In this document: piece after piece, positions 52,584 to 64,000 of the stretch | Position numbering within the stretch: position 1 is the first letter of the stretch | Layout of the letters: each line of letters begins with the position of its first letter | Origin: Reyranella sp. | GTDB taxonomy: Bacteria > Pseudomonadota > Alphaproteobacteria > Reyranellales > Reyranellaceae | Direction: 5' to 3' | Length of the DNA: 64,000 nucleotides | Assembly: GCF_050185545.1 (NCBI RefSeq) | Contig: NZ_JBFWZI010000007.1 | Coordinates: forward strand, 26,194 to 90,193 | Program-made: the position numbers and the translations under genes | Notes under the pieces: generated by a model | Database searches by the model: none | What the model was told of the DNA's origin: nothing | The model's input: the letters and a program-made list of their open reading frames with translations, nothing else

Positions 52584-53512
52584 AACCTACGGTCGCGGTC
52601 CTGATGGGCGGCTGGTCGCCCGAGCGCGAGATCTCCCTGGTGAGCGGCAAGGCGTGCGCCGAGGGGCTGCGGGAGGGCGGCTACGCGGTGCTCGAGTACG
52701 ACGTGAAGCGCGATCTCCGGGCGTTGATCGATTTCCTGCGACCGGCCGGCGGTGGCGGCCCCGAAGTCGTGTTCAATGCCCTGCACGGCCGTTACGGCGA
52801 GGACGGCTGCATCCAGGGCATCCTCGAGGTGCTGGCGGTCCCCTACACGCACTCCGGCGTGCTGGCTTCGGCGATCGCCATGGACAAGCCGATGGCGCGC
52901 CACGTCTTCCGCTCGCTCGGCCTTCGCGTCGCCGAGGGGATCGTGGTCGAGCGGCGATCGCTCGCCTTCGGCGATCCGATGCCGCGGCCCTACGTCGTGA
53001 AGCCGATCGATCAGGGCTCGAGCGTCGGCGTCTTCATCATGCGCGAGGGCGACAACCTTGCCGCCGTGGAAATGGCAGAGGCAGCCTTCGGCGAGAGGGT
53101 GCTGGTCGAGAAGTTCGTGCCCGGCCGCGAGCTCACGGTCGCGGTGATGGGCGACCGTGCGGTCGCCGTAACCGAGCTGCGCCCACGAACGCGCTTCTAC
53201 GACTACGAGGCAAAGTATACCGACGGCATCACCGAGCACCTGGTACCGGCGCCGATTCCCGGCGAGGTCTACGAGCTGGCGCGCGAATGGGCGCTGACCG
53301 CGCACCAGGCGCTGGGTTGCAGCGGGCTCAGCCGCACCGACCTGCGCTGGGACGATTCGCAACCCGACACCTCGGGCCTGGTCGTGCTGGAGATCAACAC
53401 CCAGCCCGGCATGACGCCGCTGTCGCTGGCGCCGGAACAGGCGAAATGGGCGGGCATCTCGTGGCCCGAGCTGATGACCTGGATGGTCGACAATGCGAGG
53501 CGTCCGCAGTGA
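52580..53512 (+). CDS. ddl: D-alanine--D-alanine ligase
   Basis: GGWSPEREISL, LHGRYGEDG, GSSVGV, YDYEAKY and EINTQPGMT. Confidence 0.96.
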   Translation: MKPTVAVLMGGWSPEREISLVSGKACAEGLREGGYAVLEYDVKRDLRALIDFLRPAGGGGPEVVFNALHGRYGEDGCIQGILEVLAVPYTHSGVLASAIAMDKPMARHVFRSLGLRVAEGIVVERRSLAFGDPMPRPYVVKPIDQGSSVGVFIMREGDNLAAVEMAEAAFGERVLVEKFVPGRELTVAVMGDRAVAVTELRPRTRFYDYEAKYTDGITEHLVPAPIPGEVYELAREWALTAHQALGCSGLSRTDLRWDDSQPDTSGLVVLEINTQPGMTPLSLAPEQAKWAGISWPELMTWMVDNARRPQ

Positions 53513-54378
53513 ACGCACCGGGGAAAGGCACTCCGACCCGCCGGCGCGACTACGATCGCCGCAAGAAGCGTAGCGTGCTGCGCAAGTCGGGCCGGCCGCT
53601 GTGGCGCCAGCCGATGATGCTGGGGGTCGTCGTGCTGCTGCTCGGCTGCGGCGGCGGCGCCGGCTGGTGGGCGTGGCACGAAGGCTGGTTGATCGAGGCA
53701 CGCAATCGCGTCGACTCCGTGACGCGCAGCGTCATCGGTGCCATCACGCCATTCCGGCTTACCGACGTCACGGTCGAGGGCCGCGACTATGTCGAGCGTG
53801 GCGCCATCCTGGTCGCCCTCGACGTCAAGCCGGGCGACTCGCTGCTCGGCGTCGATCTGCAGGCCTCGCGGCAACGGCTCGAGGCGATCGACTGGGTTGC
53901 GAGCGCCACGGTCGAACGGCGGCTGCCCGACACGCTCTATGTCACGCTGAAGGAGCGCCGCGCCGTGGCGATCTGGCAGAGCGGAACGGAATACACCCTG
54001 ATCGACCGCGACGGCCGCACCGTGCGGGCGAGCCGCATGCCGCCCGGCGCCGAGACGCTGCTGCTGCTGTCGGGCGCCGGTGCGCCCGAGCATGTCGGCG
54101 AGCTGCTGCTGCTGCTCGCTTACGAGCCCGTGGTGGCGCGCCAGCTGCGCGCGGCGGTGTGGGTCGGCCAGCGTCGCTGGAACCTCATTCTCACCAACGG
54201 CGTCGAGATTTGGCTGCCCGAAGAGGACGCGGTCGCGGCGCTGAAGCAGCTCGCCAGGCTCGACGGCCAGCACAAACTGCTGTCCCGCGAGTTCGGCGTG
54301 GTCGATCTCAGGCTGCCGGACAAGCTCTATCTCAGGAAGGGCATCACGGGCGGTCAGGCATTGCCCGGGCCGGTGTAA
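53509..54378 (+). CDS. ftsQ: Cell division protein FtsQ
   Basis: Basic cytoplasmic tail, TM, POTRA (WVASATVERRLPDTL), RRWNL and VDLRLPD. GTG start overlaps the ddl stop. Confidence 0.92.
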   Translation: MNAPGKGTPTRRRDYDRRKKRSVLRKSGRPLWRQPMMLGVVVLLLGCGGGAGWWAWHEGWLIEARNRVDSVTRSVIGAITPFRLTDVTVEGRDYVERGAILVALDVKPGDSLLGVDLQASRQRLEAIDWVASATVERRLPDTLYVTLKERRAVAIWQSGTEYTLIDRDGRTVRASRMPPGAETLLLLSGAGAPEHVGELLLLLAYEPVVARQLRAAVWVGQRRWNLILTNGVEIWLPEEDAVAALKQLARLDGQHKLLSREFGVVDLRLPDKLYLRKGITGGQALPGPV

Positions 54379-54422
54379 TGACAGTGGCGTCCGGAGTGTA
54401 CGTGTAGCGAGGGGGATGAAAC

Positions 54423-55658
54423 GTGGCGAAGACCAGAAACGGCGTGGTTGCCGCACTCGATATCGGAACCAGCAAGGTCGTGTGCTTCGTGGCGCGCGTC
54501 GATGGCCAGGGATTGCGCGTGGTGGGCATCGGCCATCAGCCCGCGCTGGGCATGCGATCCGGCAACATCGTCGACATGGAAGCTGCGACGCGCGCCATCT
54601 CCTCGGCCGTGTCGACGGCAGAGGAGATGTGTGGCGAGCATGTGCGCGAGGTCATCGTCGGCGTGAGCGGCGGGTCGGCGGCCTCGCACAACCAGAGCCT
54701 CGAGGTGGCGATCGGCCATCACGAGATCGGCGAGCGCGACGTTCGCCGCGTCCAGCAGCACATCCATCTGCCGGCCGAGACCGCCGACCGCGACATCATC
54801 CATTCGGAGGCGATCGGCTACTCGGTCGACGGCACGCCGGTGCGCGACGCGCGCGGCATGTTCGGCGAGCGGCTGGGCGTCGACGTCCATCTCGTCACGG
54901 CGGCGAGCGGGGCGATGCGCAACCTGCAGGTCTGCGTGCGGCGCGCCCATCTCGAGATCGCGGAGCGTGTCGTCGCCGCCCATGCGTCGGGCCTGAGCTC
55001 GCTGGTGTCGGACGAGCGCGATCTCGGCGTCACGCTGATCGACATGGGCGGCGGCACGACGTCGATCGCCGTCTTTTACGAGGGCCATCTCGTGCACGTC
55101 GACAGCATCCCGGTCGGCGGCGATCACGTCACGCGCGACATCGCGCGCGGCCTGTCCACGCCGCTAGCCCATGCCGAGCGGATGAAGACGCAGATCGGCC
55201 GCGCCGTCGCCAAGCCGAACGACGAGTACGACATCATCGACGTGCCGCTGATCGGCGAGGAGGACCGCACGCGGCCGAATCATATTCCCCGGTCGATCCT
55301 GGTCGGCATCATCCGTCCGCGCATCGAGGAGACGTTCGAGCTGGTACGCAGCCGGCTCGAAGCGAGCGGTGTGGATAAGTTGGCGGGTGGCCGCATCGTG
55401 ATCGTCGGCGGCGCGTCCCAGCTCGACGGCGTGCCCGACGTGGCGGCCGCCATCCTCAACAAGAAGATCCGCATCGGCGCGCCGTTGCGCCTCGCCGGAC
55501 TGGCGGATTCCACTGGCGGGCCGGCATTTTCAGCGGCTGCGGGCCTGCTTGCCTTCGCCCTGAATCACCACGCGATCGCGCAGTCGCAACCCGCGGCGGC
55601 AGAAGTTCCGTCGAGTCGAATCGGGCGCATTGGAAGTTGGATTAGGGAAAACTTTTAG
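54423..55658 (+). CDS. ftsA: Cell division protein FtsA
   Basis: LDIGTSKV, IDMGGGTT, VGGDHVT, GGASQL and C-terminal amphipathic WIRENF. Confidence 0.96.
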   Translation: MAKTRNGVVAALDIGTSKVVCFVARVDGQGLRVVGIGHQPALGMRSGNIVDMEAATRAISSAVSTAEEMCGEHVREVIVGVSGGSAASHNQSLEVAIGHHEIGERDVRRVQQHIHLPAETADRDIIHSEAIGYSVDGTPVRDARGMFGERLGVDVHLVTAASGAMRNLQVCVRRAHLEIAERVVAAHASGLSSLVSDERDLGVTLIDMGGGTTSIAVFYEGHLVHVDSIPVGGDHVTRDIARGLSTPLAHAERMKTQIGRAVAKPNDEYDIIDVPLIGEEDRTRPNHIPRSILVGIIRPRIEETFELVRSRLEASGVDKLAGGRIVIVGGASQLDGVPDVAAAILNKKIRIGAPLRLAGLADSTGGPAFSAAAGLLAFALNHHAIAQSQPAAAEVPSSRIGRIGSWIRENF

Positions 55659-55709
55659 GGCAATATGGCAATATGTAGTGTGGAGATGGGCAGTCCCCAC
55701 ATGCTGTTG

Positions 55710-55725
55710 ATAAGAATGAATTAAC
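55710..55725. promoter_or_regulatory. Putative CtrA box upstream of ftsZ
   Basis: ATAA-gaatgaa-TTAAC, one mismatch to TTAA-N7-TTAAC, in the AT-rich ftsA-ftsZ spacer. Confidence 0.55.
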
Positions 55726-55810
55726 CCGGTCAATGGTGAAGGGCTTATCCAAAAATAGTCCACACCATCGCTCCGAGCAGATTACCCCTCGTTTGCGTGG
55801 AGAGAGCCAA

Positions 55811-57550
55811 ATGACGATCAACCTCAGCCTCCCCCAGAAGGAGTCAGAGATCAAGCCGCGTATCACTGTCATCGGAGTCGGTGGCGCGGGTGGAAACGCC
55901 GTTAACAACATGATCAGCGCAGCGCTCGAAGGCGTCGAGTTCATCGTCGCCAATACCGACGCGCAGGCGCTCGGCCAATCGCTGGCCGACCGCCGGGTTC
56001 AGCTCGGCATCACGATCACCCAGGGCCTCGGCGCAGGCGCCCGTCCCGAGGTCGGCCGGCAGGCCGCCGAGGAGGCGCTGCCGGAGATTCTCCATCTGCT
56101 CGATGGGGCGAACATGGTGTTCGTCACCGCCGGCATGGGCGGCGGCACCGGCACCGGGGCGGCACCGGTCATCGCCGCGGCGGCGCGCGAGCAGGGCATC
56201 CTCACCATCGGCGTCGTCACCAAGCCGTTCCACTTCGAAGGCCGCCGCCGCATGCAGGCTGCCGAGCAGGGTATCACCGAGCTCGAGAAGGTGGTCGACA
56301 CCCTGATCGTCATCCCCAACCAGAACCTGTTCAAGATTGCCAACGAGAAGACGACTTTCGCCGACGCCTTCAAGATGGCCGACGACGTGCTGCACATGGG
56401 CGTGCGCGGTGTCACCGACCTCATGGTGATGCCTGGCCTGATCAACCTCGACTTCGCCGACATCCGCACGGTGATGGGCGAGATGGGCAAGGCGATGATG
56501 GGGACCGGCGAGGCCGAGGGTCCGGATCGCAGCCGCGTCGCGGCGGAGAGCGCGATCTCCAACCCGTTGCTGGAAGACCATTCGATGAAGGGCGCGCAGG
56601 GCGTGCTGATCAACATCACCGGCGGTCTCGACATGACTTTGCACGAGGTCGACGAGGCGGCCAACCGCATCCGCGAGGAAGTCGATGCCGATGCCAACAT
56701 CATCTTCGGCTCGACCTTCGACGCCAGCATGCAGGGCCGCATGCGCGTCTCCGTCGTCGCCACCGGCATTGCCACCATGGCTGCCCAGCAGCCGGCGCCG
56801 AACTACCTTTCACTCGACTTGAACCGGCCAATGCAGACCGGACAGCCGGCGCTCCGCGCCGCCGCGCCGGTCGGCCGAGTGGCCATGCCAGCGGCTGCCG
56901 CGGCGCCAGTTGCGCCGCCGGTTGCCGCCGCTCCGGTGCCAATGCCGCCCGCGCCACCGCCGCCGGTCGCACCGCCTATCGCTGCTGCCGAGGTCCCGCC
57001 GATGCCGGCCGTCGCCCCCCCCGTGGCCGCCGCACCGCCGGTCGAGTTTCCGGAATTGGCGCCTGCCGCGACGCCGGAGTTCGACGTTCCGGTGCCGCCG
57101 GTTGCTGCGGCACCGCCACCGCCGCCGACTCCGGTTGCACCGCCGGCCCCGGTCGCCGCGGCACAACGGCCGCTGGTCGACGAGAACGACTGGCGGGTCA
57201 ATCGGCCTGCTCCCAAGGCACCGGTGCGCGCCGAAGCACCGACCCGTCCGGTGGCTGCGCGCCCGGCAGTGGAAAGCCGTGCGCCGAACCTGTTCCAGCG
57301 CATCACCGGTGCCTTCGCCTCGCCCAAGCCTGCGACGCCTCCGTCTGCGGGTGTCAGCCCGCCAGTCGCCGCAGAACTGCCGGCCGCGCGCAGCGCTCCG
57401 GAGAACGTCGTCCCGGTTGCCCAGAAGCCCGTCGGCCGTCCGGCGCCGGTGCAGACCTCGATCAGCCTCGACGTCACCGAGCGGGCCAAGCCGGCGCGCG
57501 ACGACGACGACCTGCAAATTCCGGCATTCCTGCGCCGCCAGGCCAATTGA
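55811..57550 (+). CDS. ftsZ: Cell division protein FtsZ with long Pro/Ala-rich linker (579 aa)
   Basis: [25 protein letters not shown] and C-terminal [12 protein letters not shown]. Confidence 0.97.
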   Translation: MTINLSLPQKESEIKPRITVIGVGGAGGNAVNNMISAALEGVEFIVANTDAQALGQSLADRRVQLGITITQGLGAGARPEVGRQAAEEALPEILHLLDGANMVFVTAGMGGGTGTGAAPVIAAAAREQGILTIGVVTKPFHFEGRRRMQAAEQGITELEKVVDTLIVIPNQNLFKIANEKTTFADAFKMADDVLHMGVRGVTDLMVMPGLINLDFADIRTVMGEMGKAMMGTGEAEGPDRSRVAAESAISNPLLEDHSMKGAQGVLINITGGLDMTLHEVDEAANRIREEVDADANIIFGSTFDASMQGRMRVSVVATGIATMAAQQPAPNYLSLDLNRPMQTGQPALRAAAPVGRVAMPAAAAAPVAPPVAAAPVPMPPAPPPPVAPPIAAAEVPPMPAVAPPVAAAPPVEFPELAPAATPEFDVPVPPVAAAPPPPPTPVAPPAPVAAAQRPLVDENDWRVNRPAPKAPVRAEAPTRPVAARPAVESRAPNLFQRITGAFASPKPATPPSAGVSPPVAAELPAARSAPENVVPVAQKPVGRPAPVQTSISLDVTERAKPARDDDDLQIPAFLRRQAN

Positions 57551-57595
57551 TTCAGGCCCAATGACGTAGACTCGTGCACACTCCACGCATCGTAC

Positions 57596-57622
57596 GAGGG
57601 GCCTTGCGGCCCCTCTTTTTTT
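57596..57622 (+). terminator. Rho-independent terminator after ftsZ
   Basis: GAGGGGCC-ttgc-GGCCCCTC followed by T7. Confidence 0.85.
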
Positions 57623-57669
57623 CGCCGGGGCATGATATAAGGCCACGCCACGAAATTTGCGGTCAGGGT

Positions 57670-58494
57670 ATGTCGACAGCGGTCTCACGAAGGGCCTGGA
57701 ACGCGTTCGCCGGATTGGCACTGTGCACGTCATTCGGGCTCGCCGGATGCGGCTCGTCGGACGATGACGTCAACTACGTCGAGCAGCCGGTCGAGGTGCT
57801 CTACAACAACGCACTCGATGAGCTGGGAGCCCAGGAATACAAGGCGGCGGCCAAGGGCTTCGAGGAAGTCGACCGCCAGCATCCCTATTCGGTGTGGGCG
57901 ACCAAGGCGCAGATCATGGCGGCCTTCGCCTACTACCAGTCTAACAAGTACGACGAGGCGATCATCGCGCTCGACCGGTTCATCCAGCTCCATCCCGGCC
58001 ATCGCGACATTCCCTACGCCTACTACCTGAAAGCGTTGTGCTACTACGAGCAGATCTCCGACGTCGGTCGCGATCAGCGCATGACGCAACAGGCGCTCGA
58101 GGCGCTGGCCGAGGTCGTGAAGCGCTTCCCCGAATCGCCCTATGCGCGCGACTCGCGACTCAAGGTCGAGCTGGCGATCGATCATCTCGCCGGCAAGGAG
58201 ATGGCGGTCGGCCGCTTCTATCAGCAAAACCAGCAGTATGTCGGCGCCATCAACCGCTATCGCGTGGTGATCGAGCGCTACCAGACGACGACGCACGTGC
58301 CGGAGGCCTTGCACCGGCTGGTCGAAAGCTACCTGTCGCTCGGCGTCAAGAGCGAGGCGCAGGAGGCGGCCGCGGTGCTGGGGTACAATTTTCCCGGTAG
58401 CGAATGGTACCAGGACAGCTATTTCCTGATGACCGGCGAGGGCACCCCGGCACCGCCCGACGAGAAGCCCGGCTGGTTCTTCGGCCTGTTCTGA
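57670..58494 (+). CDS. bamD: Outer membrane protein assembly factor BamD
   Basis: Lipobox LAGC, TPR helices, HPYSVWA, RFIQLHP, HLAGKEM and ALHRLVE. Confidence 0.95.
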   Translation: MSTAVSRRAWNAFAGLALCTSFGLAGCGSSDDDVNYVEQPVEVLYNNALDELGAQEYKAAAKGFEEVDRQHPYSVWATKAQIMAAFAYYQSNKYDEAIIALDRFIQLHPGHRDIPYAYYLKALCYYEQISDVGRDQRMTQQALEALAEVVKRFPESPYARDSRLKVELAIDHLAGKEMAVGRFYQQNQQYVGAINRYRVVIERYQTTTHVPEALHRLVESYLSLGVKSEAQEAAAVLGYNFPGSEWYQDSYFLMTGEGTPAPPDEKPGWFFGLF

Positions 58495-58504
58495 CCCGGC
58501 CTGC

Positions 58505-62357
<3,853 letters not shown>

Positions 62358-62368
62358 CTTTCATGGTC

Positions 62369-62495
62369 ATCCGGACCGCGGGCGTCCCGCCCGCTCATGA
62401 TCATGAGCTTCATGAAGGCGCGTTCGGCAAGGGCGCGGCAGACCGCGCCCCTGCAGAGCCGCACCATGAGCGGGCGGGACGCCCGCGGTCCGGAT
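62369..62495. repeat. B doublet with an additional REP-like hairpin in its spacer
   Basis: Perfect 31-bp inverted repeat at 62369-62399/62465-62495; the spacer carries GGGCGCGG-caga-CCGCGCCC. Confidence 0.9.
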
Positions 62496-62497
62496 TA

Positions 62498-62529
62498 CAA
62501 AAAAAACGGCCGGGCTGAGCCCGGCCGTT
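62498..62529 (-). terminator. Rho-independent terminator of the ompA-family gene
   Basis: Minus strand AACGGCCGGG-ctcag-CCCGGCCGTT followed by a T tract. Confidence 0.85.
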
Positions 62530-62555
62530 CTCGAAGATCAGTGCTGCGGATCGTC

Positions 62556-63506
62556 TTACTGAATGACGATCTCGACGCGGCGGTTCTGCGGCTCGCGGAC
62601 GCCGTCGGCGGTCTGCACCAGCAGGCCCTGCTCGCCGCGGCCGATTACCGTGATCACGTTGGCCGGCACGCCGTTACGCACCAAGGCATCCTTGACCGCA
62701 TTGGCACGGCGCAGCGACAGCGCCATGTTGTAGGCCTCCGGGCCCGACGTGTCGGTGTGGCCGGTCGCCGTGATGCGGGCGCTGCCCTTGGCCTTGTAGG
62801 CGGCGGCTGCCTGGCCGATCGTCTGCAGTGCCTGCTGGGACAGGTTCGCGCGGTCCCAATCGAAGAACACCATGAACGACGGCGGCGCGACGGGCGCCGG
62901 CGGCGGAGGCGGCGGCGGGGCCGCTGCACCGAACTTGACCTGGATGGTCGCCATCAAGCTGACGTTGTTGTTGCTCCAGGTGCTGCCGAGAAAGCTCGGG
63001 TTGGTCGTGCCGTAGTAGCGGCCGTCCAGGTTGATCCGGAAGCCCGGCGCGAACTCGTAGCCGATACCGAGGATGCCCTGGAAGGCGAAGACCGTGCTGT
63101 TCAGCTGGTAGAAGGAGTCGACGAAGGCGACACCGGCGCCGGCGCCGATGTAGGGGATGACCGACCCGAAGCTGCGGAAGTCGTACAGCAGGTTGGCCAT
63201 GACCGAGACCTGGCTGATCTGGCCGTTGATCGCCGCGCCGCGATAGAACTGTCCGGTGTTGTTCTGGCGATACAGGCCCTCAACCTCGATGCGCGGGCCG
63301 ACAAAATCATAGCCGATGGTGCCACCCAGGCCCCAACCGGTATATGGCGAATTGTACTTTTCCCGGATCTGGGTGCCGAACATCCAGTTCAAGCCACCTT
63401 CGACACCGAGATAGACGCCGGGTTGGGCAGGGGCACCCTGGGCCTGGGCGACGGCCGGCATGCCTGATGCTGCTGCCAACACCGCCGTCACGAGCAACTT
63501 CCTCAT
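62556..63506 (-). CDS. OmpA-family outer membrane protein (beta-barrel + Pro linker + PG-binding domain)
   Basis: Signal peptide MRKLLVTAV, barrel strands (YIGAGAG), PPPPPPP linker, FFDWD, GHTD, LSLRRANAV and NRRVEI. Confidence 0.93.
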   Translation of the reverse strand: MRKLLVTAVLAAASGMPAVAQAQGAPAQPGVYLGVEGGLNWMFGTQIREKYNSPYTGWGLGGTIGYDFVGPRIEVEGLYRQNNTGQFYRGAAINGQISQVSVMANLLYDFRSFGSVIPYIGAGAGVAFVDSFYQLNSTVFAFQGILGIGYEFAPGFRINLDGRYYGTTNPSFLGSTWSNNNVSLMATIQVKFGAAAPPPPPPPAPVAPPSFMVFFDWDRANLSQQALQTIGQAAAAYKAKGSARITATGHTDTSGPEAYNMALSLRRANAVKDALVRNGVPANVITVIGRGEQGLLVQTADGVREPQNRRVEIVIQ

Positions 63507-64000
63507 TCTTATCTCCCTCGTCGCAGATATTTTCGCGGGTCGTATAACTGTCGACCGGTGTGATTGGGTTAGCGGTGAAATACTACGCGGCCCCGCTGGG
63601 AGTCGCCACAATTTGGAGCCCCCTCCGACGCATTACCGCCCCAGTGTGATTTTGAGGTAACAGGTGCACGCCTGCATCCCGGATGTAATTGCCTGAAGAG
63701 TGCAAATTATCCATCAAAACTTCCGAAATTCAAGACCTTCGCGCTTCACCTTGCGAGCGTGAACCGGCCGACCAGGCGCTCAGGCCTTGCCGGCCGCTGG
63801 CGGGTCGCTCCTGGGTCCCAGGATGATGGAAACGAATACGTGATTGCCGGGCGGCAAGCCGCCCTGACTGAGGGCATCCACAATCGTCGGCTGCAGCTGG
63901 TGTGCAGGGCGGCAACGCGAACCGCTCAGGGAATGGGCAAGCCCGACGTGCTGTGCGATGGCAGACCTCCGGACCTCGCGATTCTGACCAGCCACTTTCG

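Noticed and set aside
63780-63995. 71-aa minus-strand ORF at the window end
   Set aside because: No recognisable motif, and competing frames are equally open; cannot be supported from this window.

Overview
High-GC alphaproteobacterial chromosome segment. Gene order and repeat style suggest a Reyranella/Rhodospirillales-like organism (inference, no database check). Most of the window is conserved housekeeping: the aa3-type cytochrome c oxidase operon (coxB-coxA-ctaB-small ORF-ctaG-coxC-DUF983-surf1), an M32 peptidase/thrC/M16 peptidase/RimJ block, uvrB, then DjlA-like-amidase-rnpB and the dcw cluster (mraZ to ftsZ), followed by bamD-recN-ligA and an OmpA-family gene. The first 16 kb and 27.4-33.4 kb hold accessory genes. 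The main discovery is a gene missed by the ORF track at 5084-5518 (-). It encodes a Tat-signal, thioredoxin-fold protein with an in-frame TGA in a U-G-G-C (UxxC) motif. The TGA is followed by a hairpin whose geometry matches the E. coli fdhF SECIS, so this is a candidate novel exported selenoprotein. Other notable signals: a nested, modular family of palindromic REP/REPIN mosaics in at least 8 intergenic sites; an EF-G paralog lacking the catalytic His; an ATP-grasp/alpha-E/transglutaminase trio whose transglutaminase lacks its catalytic Cys; paired Glu>Gln and Asp>Asn changes at the oxidase Mg/Mn site; and no lpxC at its usual place after ftsZ. All calls come from reading the sequence and recognising motifs; no searches were run.
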